DNA of 64,000 nucleotides from Methylococcaceae bacterium UBA2778 (GTDB lineage Bacteria; Pseudomonadota; Gammaproteobacteria; Methylococcales; UBA2778): NCBI GenBank assembly GCA_002352385.1, contig DEII01000121.1, positions 19,959 to 83,958 of the forward strand, read 5' to 3'. Shown piece by piece: positions 57,065 to 64,000 of this stretch (position 1 is its first letter; each line of letters starts with the position of its first letter). The notes under the pieces were generated by a model. It saw only the letters and a program-made list of their open reading frames with translations, ran no database searches and was not told where the DNA came from. The position numbers and the translations under genes were made by a program.

Positions 57065-58444
57065 ATGAAAGGCGATTTCTCACGGGTTACACTGAACGAG
57101 GAAAAGCACTACTCCCTGGTGCTGATGCAGCAGGGCAGAGTACTGCTGGATAACGACTGGAACGAACAGGGGCTGACACTGTGGCTTGCACAGCAGAAAC
57201 TCATTGGAGATCTGATCGGAGAGCACGGCGGGCCAGAGGGCAGCTTCGAAATTTATCCGATGCCGTCCGACGAAACCCCGAGTGCGTCTGATTTCATGAT
57301 TCGCGATGGACGTTATTATGTCCAGGGTGCGATGTGCGAGAACGAAGAATCGTGCCGTTTCACCGACCAGCCGGACTACCCGCCATTCAGCGACTACAAT
57401 CCGAATCCGATCGATGAGCCAGGGACTTATCTCATATACCTGCATGTGTGGCTTCGACACATCACTCACCTGGAAGACGAAGCGTTGCGTGAAGTCGCCT
57501 TGGGTGGGCCGGATACCACTACCCGCGTCAAGACCGTTTGGCAGGTGAAGGCCAAGAAAACAGACCTAGCGTTATATAGCGACGATGGCGCAGCCAACCG
57601 AGTTCTTAAGGAAAATTACGAACAATTCGAACAGGAGTTGGGTGATGAGATCTATCCAAGGAGCAGCTTCCTCAAGGCCCGAGCCATTATCCCCCGGGAA
57701 ACGGTGGAACCTTGCAGGATTTCTCCGGAAAACCGTTACCGCGGCGCTGAGAATCAACTCTATCGCGTCGAAATCCATCGCGGTGGGCTGGCCTTTGATG
57801 CAGAAGCCAATAATCAAACTCCACGACCGGCCACATTTAAATGGTCCCGGGAAAACGGTTCGGTGGTATTTCCGATCGAAGACATCAACGGCAGCGTGGT
57901 GACTGTCAGCCACCTTGGCCGTGACACGCGTTTCGGTCTGAAGCCAGGCGACTGGGTTGAGGTTGTTGATGATGACTATGTACTGCTGGGAAAGAGGGAA
58001 AAGCTCCTCCGGGTGGGAGAGGTCGATCCGGTCGAGATGCAGGTTGTCTTGTCGGAATCCCCGGCTCACACGCCCGGGTCATCCAAGCATCCCCTGTTGC
58101 GCCGCTGGGACCAAAAAGGCGACGAGGAAGGAGGGATGATTGTCGTCGAAGAAGGCAAGTGGGTCGAGCTGGAGGACGGTGTGGAAATCTGGTTCGAGCC
58201 TCCACCAAGTCAGATCCTGGCCCACTATTGCAGCGGCGAATGGTGGTTCATTCCCGCGCGAACGGCTACGGGTGATGTGGAATGGCCAAAAGAGAGCGAC
58301 GGAAGTCCTCTATCCCAACCGGCTATGCATCCTACCCAGGGTTTCGCACCGCTTGCCCTCGTAGAATTTAGTGAGGACGGAATTATTGCTGATAATAATG
58401 ACATTATAGATTTGCGGCGCAAGCTTGCGCAGCGTTGGGAATAG
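57065..58444 (+). CDS. Conserved CIS-terminal protein (N-terminus resembles the family I recall as DUF6519)
   Basis: 459 aa. MKGDFSRVTLNEEKHYSLVLMQQGRVLLDNDWNEQ is an N-terminus I recognise from the last genes of similar tail-like clusters. Function unknown. Confidence 0.65.
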   Translation: MKGDFSRVTLNEEKHYSLVLMQQGRVLLDNDWNEQGLTLWLAQQKLIGDLIGEHGGPEGSFEIYPMPSDETPSASDFMIRDGRYYVQGAMCENEESCRFTDQPDYPPFSDYNPNPIDEPGTYLIYLHVWLRHITHLEDEALREVALGGPDTTTRVKTVWQVKAKKTDLALYSDDGAANRVLKENYEQFEQELGDEIYPRSSFLKARAIIPRETVEPCRISPENRYRGAENQLYRVEIHRGGLAFDAEANNQTPRPATFKWSRENGSVVFPIEDINGSVVTVSHLGRDTRFGLKPGDWVEVVDDDYVLLGKREKLLRVGEVDPVEMQVVLSESPAHTPGSSKHPLLRRWDQKGDEEGGMIVVEEGKWVELEDGVEIWFEPPPSQILAHYCSGEWWFIPARTATGDVEWPKESDGSPLSQPAMHPTQGFAPLALVEFSEDGIIADNNDIIDLRRKLAQRWE

Positions 58445-59002
58445 CAGTGCTCAGAGGCTATTGAGCGACCCAAGCCGCTCAATTCGGATAAATGCGTTTT
58501 CGCCTAGGATCTCCCGCCGGACAGCAGGTCGAGCATCAAATTGAAATCGCAATCGTACACGTAACTCTGTCAATCGTGCACCGTGCGCACCATTTCGCCT
58601 ACAATTCGTTCACTGGTATTGGTGTTAGGCGGTCGCTTCGGCTTCAAAATTCCCCATTGCCCCCTTTTTCATAAGGGGCAATGAACGGTTTTACAAGTGT
58701 TCTTCGCATTTTATTCTCATTTGTCATTCATGTACGGTTTATACTCGATTGGTCGCCAAGCCGAGGCGGCCCTTCCGCCGTCAGCGCTCCAATCGACAGT
58801 TCGGGAGCCGAACCGTTCTTAGCGCTTGACGGTCTCCTCGCAATGAAGCAAACGCTTATCGGCACGTTTTGTTAGGATCGCCTTTTCAAAACGACAAAAT
58901 GAAAAAGCGTGCATGCAAAGCTCGATTTCCCCGTTGCAGCGTATGGCAGGGAGGACCAAGCAGCCGCTAAATCGGATGCATGGCACGTGCGAAGGAGTCC
59001 CG

Positions 59003-59836
59003 GTGACAAAAAAACTAATCTTCATTGTCTTTCTGCTTCTGGCCGCATGGCTGTCCTGGACGCTGTGGTCAACCCCGCCCGCAAGCAGCACAACCCGGAA
59101 ACTGGTGCTGACCGGCTCGAGCACTGTCGCCCCGCTCGCCGCGGAGATCGGCAGGCGTTTCGAGACGCTGCATCCCGACGTGCGGGTGGATGTGCAGACC
59201 GGCGGCTCCTCGCGCGGCGTCAACGACGCCCGGGCGGGTCTGGCCGATATCGGCATGGCGTCGCGGGCGCTCAAGACCTCGGAAGAAGATCTTTACAGCT
59301 TCACCATCGCTCTGGACGGTATCAGCATCATCGTCAACCGGTCCAACCCGGCCGCGGCGCTGAGCAGGCAGCAAATTATCGAGATATACACCGGCGCAAT
59401 CACAAATTGGCGCGAAGTGGGTGGGCGGGATGCGCCCATCACTGTGGTAAACAAAGCCGAAGGCCATTCAACGCTGGAGCTGTTCCTGCACCATTTCGGC
59501 CTGCAAAACAGAGCGGTGAAACCGCAGGTGATCATCGGCGACAACCAGCAGGGCATCAAAACGGTGGCCGGCAACCCCAATGCCATCGGCTATGTCTCGA
59601 TCGGTTCCGCGGAGTATGAGGCCGGTCACGGGACACCGATCAAGCTGCTGCCGCTGGAAGGCGTGCAGGCATCGGTGGAAAATGTTCGCAACGGCAGCTT
59701 CCCGCTCGCAAGACCCTTGAACCTGGTGACACAGTCGGAACCTGCCGGCATCGTCAGGGACTTTATCGAATTCGCCCGTTCGGAACAGGTGCGTGAACTG
59801 GTCGAAGCTCAATACTTTGTTCCCCTCGCGCGCTGA
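59003..59836 (+). CDS. pstS: Phosphate ABC transporter substrate-binding protein (PstS family)
   Basis: The GTG at 59003 lies 6 nt after an AAGGAG Shine-Dalgarno. Signal peptide VTKKLIFIVFLLLAAWLSW, then LTGSSTVAPL, GGSSRGV and IGYVSIG motifs of PBP-like-2 phosphate binders. The track ORF starts at 58913. Confidence 0.85.
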   Translation: MTKKLIFIVFLLLAAWLSWTLWSTPPASSTTRKLVLTGSSTVAPLAAEIGRRFETLHPDVRVDVQTGGSSRGVNDARAGLADIGMASRALKTSEEDLYSFTIALDGISIIVNRSNPAAALSRQQIIEIYTGAITNWREVGGRDAPITVVNKAEGHSTLELFLHHFGLQNRAVKPQVIIGDNQQGIKTVAGNPNAIGYVSIGSAEYEAGHGTPIKLLPLEGVQASVENVRNGSFPLARPLNLVTQSEPAGIVRDFIEFARSEQVRELVEAQYFVPLAR

Positions 59837-60671
59837 CCAACCGCTGCTGTGGCTGCTGCGCCTCTGCGCGTTGACGGCGGCGACGGTTGTGCTGCTGATT
59901 CTGACATTTCTGGTCATCGAATCCCGGCCGGCGCTGCGCGATGTGGGTATCGCGCGGTTTTTCGGCGACCGCTCCTGGCACCCGACCGAAGGCGAATACA
60001 ACTTCATGCCGATGCTGTCGGGGACCGTCTATTGTTCGCTCGGAGCGCTGCTGCTGGCGGTTCCTTCAGGGATCGCCGCAGCGCTGTTCAGCCGCTGGTA
60101 TGCACCGGCATCCGTTGCAGGCCTGTTTCGTCGGCTGATCGAGCTGCTGGCCGGCATCCCTTCGGTGGTGTATGGCTTGTGGGGGCTCACCACGCTGGCG
60201 CCGTTGATCGGTCGGCTGCATGCACCGGGAACCAGCCTGCTGGCCGGAATCCTGATTTTGGCGCTGATGATTCTCCCGACCATCGCTTTGACCGCCGATG
60301 CGGCGCTGGCCGCCGTACCGCAGGCTTATCTGCGCGGAGCTGCGGCTTTGGGACTGTCGCGCTGGGGGATGATCAGCGGCGTCGCCCTGCCCGCCACGCG
60401 CTCCGGCATCGCGACCGGAATCCTGCTGGCCGCCGCGCGCGCGATGGGAGAGACGATGGCCGTGCTCATGGTGTGCGGCAATGTGGTGCAATATCCGGAC
60501 AGTCTGTTCGATCCGGTACGTACTCTCACCGCCAACATCGCCCTCGAGATGGCCTATGCGATGGGCGATCATCGCGCGGCGCTGTTCGTTTCGGGGCTGG
60601 CGTTGATGCTGCTGATGCTGGCGATGGTTGGCGCTGCCGGCCTGCTGTCGCGCGGGAGGCGATATGCCTGA
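59793..60671 (+). CDS. pstC: Phosphate ABC transporter permease PstC
   Basis: 292 aa, 6 TM helices, with the EAA-type loop (GAAALGLSRWGMISGVALPATRSGI). GTG start as in the track; the true start is uncertain because it overlaps pstS by 44 nt. Confidence 0.85.
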   Translation: MNWSKLNTLFPSRADQPLLWLLRLCALTAATVVLLILTFLVIESRPALRDVGIARFFGDRSWHPTEGEYNFMPMLSGTVYCSLGALLLAVPSGIAAALFSRWYAPASVAGLFRRLIELLAGIPSVVYGLWGLTTLAPLIGRLHAPGTSLLAGILILALMILPTIALTADAALAAVPQAYLRGAAALGLSRWGMISGVALPATRSGIATGILLAAARAMGETMAVLMVCGNVVQYPDSLFDPVRTLTANIALEMAYAMGDHRAALFVSGLALMLLMLAMVGAAGLLSRGRRYA

Positions 60672-61539
60672 AGCAACCGCCCATTCGATCGCTCCGTTGG
60701 GGATAACAAGAGACCGGCTCGCGACTTTTGTCATCTGGTCGGCGGCCCTGCTTGTGACCGGGCTGTTTCTCTGGCTGATTTCGGACATCCTCCTGGGCGG
60801 CATAACACGTCTGTCGTGGGCGTTTCTCACCGAGCCGCCATTCGATGCCGGCCGCAGCGGCGGCATCGGCCCAATCATCGTCTCCACCGGCCTGATCCTG
60901 TTGGTCGCTATTGCAGCATCGGTCCCGCCGGCACTGGGGACCGCCATTCTGCTGGCCGAATTCAGCCGCAGGGAGAGCCTTTTCGGCCGCTCGGTGCGGC
61001 TCAGCCTGGATGTGCTCGCCGGCGTGCCGTCCATCGTTTTCGGACTGTTTGGCAATGCCTTTTTTTGCATCTATCTCGGCTTGGGATTCTCGATTCTCTC
61101 GGGCGGTCTGACGCTGGCGTGCATGGTGCTGCCGATACTGATTCGCACGGCCGAGGAGGGCTTGCGCTCGGCGCCGGACGACTACCGTCTGGCAGCCGCC
61201 GCACTGGGACTGTCCCGCAGCGCAGCGCTGATGCATCTGCTGCTGCCGACCGCGATGCCCGCTTTGATCGCGGGCCTGATGCTGGGGATCGGGCGGGCGA
61301 TGGCGGAAACGGCGGCGCTGATCTTCACCAGCGGCTATGTGGACCGCATGCCGGACTCGCTTTGGGATTCCGGCCGGGCGCTGTCGGTGCACATCTACGA
61401 TTTGACTATGAACGTCGCCGGCGGCGACGCCAACGCTCGCGCCGCGGCGCTGGTTCTGGTCGTTTTATTGTTGCTCGTCAACGGGGCCGCCATGACATTG
61501 GCCGACCGTTGGCGCAATGCGAGGATCGTGACAGCATGA
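60664..61539 (+). CDS. pstA: Phosphate ABC transporter permease PstA
   Basis: The ATG at 60664 overlaps the pstC stop. 291 aa, with AAAALGLSRSAALMHLLLPTAMPALI (EAA loop). Confidence 0.85.
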   Translation: MPEATAHSIAPLGITRDRLATFVIWSAALLVTGLFLWLISDILLGGITRLSWAFLTEPPFDAGRSGGIGPIIVSTGLILLVAIAASVPPALGTAILLAEFSRRESLFGRSVRLSLDVLAGVPSIVFGLFGNAFFCIYLGLGFSILSGGLTLACMVLPILIRTAEEGLRSAPDDYRLAAAALGLSRSAALMHLLLPTAMPALIAGLMLGIGRAMAETAALIFTSGYVDRMPDSLWDSGRALSVHIYDLTMNVAGGDANARAAALVLVVLLLLVNGAAMTLADRWRNARIVTA

Positions 61540-62417
61540 GCCAATCGCTCAACGATGACTTAAACAGATTCGACCACACGGTCGACCCGGAAATGGATAA
61601 CAGCGCCTATACGCTGGGGCCGCTGCAGGCAGGACCACCCTGCTGCCATCCAAGGCCGCTGATCCGGGTCGAACATCTGTCCGTCCGCTACGGCGAAAAA
61701 CCGGCGCTGGAAGAGATTACCCTGGATATTCACCGCGGCTGTATCACCGCACTGATCGGCCCCTCCGGCTGTGGCAAGACCACTTTTCTTTCGGTTCTCA
61801 ACCGGCTCACCGACATGATCCCCGGCTGTCGTGTGGCAGGCCGCGTTCGCATGGGTTCGACCGACCTGCTCCATCCTGCATTGGATGTGCAGGCGCTGCG
61901 CCGCGAAGTCGGCATGATTTTTCAGAAGCCAGTACCGTTTCCGCTCTCCATCCGCCGCAACATCGAGCTGTCGCTGCTCGAGCATCGTATTACCAAACGG
62001 TCCGAACTTGACGGCATTGTGGAGCAGGTACTCACCGATGTCGGCTTGTGGAACGAGGTAAAAGACCGCCTCAACGCCCCTGCGCCGGCCCTCTCCGGCG
62101 GCCAGCAGCAGCGTCTCTGCATCGCCCGGGCGCTCGCCCTGGAACCGGGAATTTTATTGATGGACGAACCCTGCAGTGCGCTGGACCCGATTGCTTCCGG
62201 CGTGGTGGAAGATCTGATCCAGCGGCTGCGTGGCCGCTACACCGTGATAATCGTCACCCACAACCTGGCTCAGGCGCGGCGCATCGCCAACTACGCAGGC
62301 TTCTTCTGGGTAAAAGAGCGCGCTGGCACGTTGATCGAATTCGGGCAGTGCCGTCAGATTTTCGAATCACCCAACCAGGATCTGACCGCCGCCTATGTGA
62401 GCGGCAAACGGGGTTGA
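61536..62417 (+). CDS. pstB: Phosphate ABC transporter ATP-binding protein PstB
   Basis: The ATG at 61536 overlaps the pstA stop (ATGA). Walker A is GPSGCGKTT, the signature is LSGGQQQRLCIARAL and Walker B is ILLMDEPCSALD. The N-terminus is somewhat longer than in E. coli PstB. The 533-aa track ORF 60816..62417 is this gene fused to an out-of-frame upstream read-through. Confidence 0.9.
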   Translation: MSQSLNDDLNRFDHTVDPEMDNSAYTLGPLQAGPPCCHPRPLIRVEHLSVRYGEKPALEEITLDIHRGCITALIGPSGCGKTTFLSVLNRLTDMIPGCRVAGRVRMGSTDLLHPALDVQALRREVGMIFQKPVPFPLSIRRNIELSLLEHRITKRSELDGIVEQVLTDVGLWNEVKDRLNAPAPALSGGQQQRLCIARALALEPGILLMDEPCSALDPIASGVVEDLIQRLRGRYTVIIVTHNLAQARRIANYAGFFWVKERAGTLIEFGQCRQIFESPNQDLTAAYVSGKRG

Positions 62418-62547
62418 CGATCCACTGCTGGAAGTGCCGTCGGACAACGAATAAAAACCGGGAGGCATCGGCATTCAGGCCGGCTGCGGCACTCGTCCCA
62501 TTCCATCCTATTTTTTCAATGCTGTCGAATACAAGGTCGCGTACACT

Positions 62548-62580
62548 TTCCCCCCTCCGGGAGAAGGTCGGGATGAGGGT
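62548..62580 (+). repeat. REP-like unit, copy 3
   Basis: TTCCCCCCTCCGGGAGAAGGTCGGGATGAGGGT, followed at 62611-62634 by a second hairpin TCCCCTCTCTCGATGGAGAGGGC. Lies between pstB and the MetE-like gene. Confidence 0.55.
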
Positions 62581-62650
62581 ATCCAAATAGCTGAGCTCCT
62601 TTGTTTATCGTCCCCTCTCTCGATGGAGAGGGCTTGAGTCAACAGCATTG

Positions 62651-63709
62651 TCATACCGTCTCGGCTGCCATCTGCGTTCCCTGCACACGCGCCTGGATCT
62701 TGGCGAAGGCGGTGTCGCGGCCGGTCGACGTATCGTCTTCGAACGGCGAGAAGCCGCAGTCGTCGGTCGTCCCCAGTTGGTCGGGCGGTATGTATTCGGC
62801 CGCGAGCCGTACCCGGTCGCATACCGTTTGCGGCGTCTCCACCTTGCTGTCGATCACATCGATGACGCCGACGAATACGCGCTGATCGGGCTTCAGGCAC
62901 CGTTGAATGATCGACAGTACCCGGCGCGGCTCTTGTTCACTGGCCAACTGCACATAAAAATTTCCGGCTTCGAGTCGAAACAGATCGGGCAGCAGTTCGG
63001 CATAATCGACGTCGGCGCTGTGGGTGGAATCCTGATCGCCTCCCGGACAAGTATGAACCCCGATCCGTTTTCTCTGCTCCGGACCGAACCGTTCCAGCAC
63101 CCGATTATTGAGGTCGATGAATTGCCGCAGCAGTGCTTTGGTGGGATCCAGCTTGACCGCCAACCGGCCTTCGGTAAAATCGATCTGAACGCAGTAGGCT
63201 CCGGCCTCCAGGCAGCGACGAATATCCTGGGAAACCTCATGAACCAAATCGTTCAAAAAATCTTCACGCCGGTAGCCGGCAAGTCCTTCCTGCGGATAAA
63301 TGAGACTGAGTGCCGATGCCGAAATGACCGCCTGCTTGACCGGCACGTGCGCATAAGGCAGCGCCGCCCGAAGATATTCGACAGCATGGTTTCGATAACG
63401 AAAAGGTCCTGCGGTCAGACGCGGCAGCTGCCGGCTGTGCCCATCCTCGAAAGGAATGACAACACCGTCGCTGGCGATATTGGGCAACCCTTCCAAAGGA
63501 TAGGTCGCAAAGCTGGATTTGCGCTGCTCGCCGTCGGTGATCACCGGCGAACCGGTCGCTTCGAAACGTCGGATGGTATCTTGCAGCGCAGCATCATAGG
63601 CTTCGCTCAGTTGTTCCGAAGAAGCGTCGCCACTACGATAGCGTCTGAGCATGTCCAGCAGCTCGGGTGGACGAGGAATGCTGCCTATGGGTTCGGTTGG
63701 GATCGTCAC
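62651..63709 (-). CDS. Cobalamin-independent methionine synthase family protein (MetE C-terminal-domain-like)
   Basis: 352 aa. TEPIGSIPRPPELL, ITDGEQRK, the CVQIDFTEG segment and C-terminal GTTDDCGFSPF (zinc-ligand Cys region) fit the short MetE-like/UROD-superfamily methyltransferases. Confidence 0.8.
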   Translation of the reverse strand: MTIPTEPIGSIPRPPELLDMLRRYRSGDASSEQLSEAYDAALQDTIRRFEATGSPVITDGEQRKSSFATYPLEGLPNIASDGVVIPFEDGHSRQLPRLTAGPFRYRNHAVEYLRAALPYAHVPVKQAVISASALSLIYPQEGLAGYRREDFLNDLVHEVSQDIRRCLEAGAYCVQIDFTEGRLAVKLDPTKALLRQFIDLNNRVLERFGPEQRKRIGVHTCPGGDQDSTHSADVDYAELLPDLFRLEAGNFYVQLASEQEPRRVLSIIQRCLKPDQRVFVGVIDVIDSKVETPQTVCDRVRLAAEYIPPDQLGTTDDCGFSPFEDDTSTGRDTAFAKIQARVQGTQMAAETV

Positions 63710-63870
63710 TGTGTGCTCCAGGTGATTATTGAAAAGCGCCTCGATACATTATCCCCTTCAGCTTCAAAATTCAAACTGGGCGATTAAAACTTCCATTCAT
63801 TGTTATCCCCTCGATACAATAGGGACGTCGATCTTGTCATTTCCACACAGCGATCAGCAGAGGAGTACAG

Positions 63871-64000
63871 ATGAACGCAAAGACTTTTCTTAAATCCTTT
63901 TGGCCGATCGCCGACAACGTTTCGTTGAGGGAAAAAGCCATCTCCGGCCTGGCCGGACTGATCGCTATCGGCCTGGTTCTCGCGATCAGTGGCCACTTCC
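63871..64000 (+). CDS. Membrane protein, 5' partial (runs off the right edge)
   Basis: AGGAG Shine-Dalgarno 5 nt upstream of the ATG at 63871. MNAKTFLKSFWPIADNVSLREKAISGLAGLIAIGLVLAISGHF... has a TM helix. Family not determinable from 43 aa. Confidence 0.45.
   Translation, partial: MNAKTFLKSFWPIADNVSLREKAISGLAGLIAIGLVLAISGHF

Noticed and set aside
35238-58444. Interpreting the tail-like cluster as a prophage, a tailocin (R-type pyocin) or a T6SS
   Set aside because: No capsid, terminase, portal, integrase, lysis cassette or holin genes are present, and there are no TssJ/L/M, TssA, TssK-type or ClpV genes. The DUF4255 cap, dedicated AAA+ ATPase and DUF4157-type gene point to the eCIS lineage. 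The tailocin alternative cannot be fully excluded without functional data.
58460-58483. Hairpin ATTGAGCG-(8 nt)-CGCTCAAT just after the last CIS gene, considered as an intrinsic terminator; a second hairpin lies at 58655-58683
   Set aside because: The stems are only 8-9 bp and are not followed by a T-tract, so a terminator call is not supported by sequence alone.
58820-59002. Search for a Pho box (CTGTCAT-type direct repeats) upstream of pstS
   Set aside because: No convincing pair of 7-bp direct repeats with 4-bp spacing was seen by eye, so no regulatory site is reported.
59849-61392. Alternative-frame and antisense ORFs over pstC/pstA (59849..60706 plus strand; 60066..61070 and 60526..61392 minus strand)
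   Set aside because: These are Arg/Gly/Pro-rich shadows. The pstC and pstA frames give canonical permeases with EAA loops.
62648-63787. 379-aa plus-strand ORF
   Set aside because: It is antisense to the MetE-like methyltransferase gene, which has clear family motifs on the minus strand.
63784-63996. 70-aa minus-strand ORF at the right edge
   Set aside because: The plus strand has a better candidate: an AGGAG Shine-Dalgarno followed by an ATG at 63871 and a TM-helix-containing N-terminus running off the window. The minus-strand ORF has no start context or motif.

Overview
This window looks like a GC-rich proteobacterial, probably gammaproteobacterial, chromosomal segment. I found no rRNA, tRNA, CRISPR array, integrase or transposase. 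Housekeeping genes make up the flanks: a heavy-metal RND efflux operon (1-5071, minus strand), an MscK-like channel, nfo, sprT, hemF, hemB, aroE, a VanX-type dipeptidase, a thymidine-phosphorylase-family/PRPP-synthetase-like pair, a PAP2/GT39/YqaA envelope trio, pstSCAB and a MetE-like methyltransferase. Two accessory systems stand out. (1) At 35238-58444 there is a 19-gene, single-strand, translationally coupled phage-tail-like contractile injection system of the eCIS type. It encodes sheath, tube, DUF4255 cap, AAA+ ATPase, hub, spike, PAAR-like tip and gp25/gp6/gp7-like wedge proteins plus two distal large proteins. An AT-richer cargo island sits in its middle; one gene there combines a DUF4157-like HExxH module, an atypical thioredoxin-like motif (WCRGPC) and a JAB/MPN-like signature. 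Upstream lies a divergent ECF sigma/anti-sigma pair, bracketed by two miniature elements with terminal inverted repeats, and an 836-bp non-coding region holding a perfect 20-bp inverted repeat. (2) At 19525-23906 there is a lasso-peptide cluster: PqqD-like B1, protease B2, Asn-synthetase-like cyclase and an HPr-kinase-like gene. Its 57-aa precursor (22460-22633) falls below the ORF-track cutoff; the leader fits YxxPxLx3Gx5Tx and predicts an unusual Met1 core. Several dispersed repeat families occupy intergenic regions. Many long ORFs in the track are antisense shadows of real genes and were rejected. All domain calls come from reading the translations, not from database searches.
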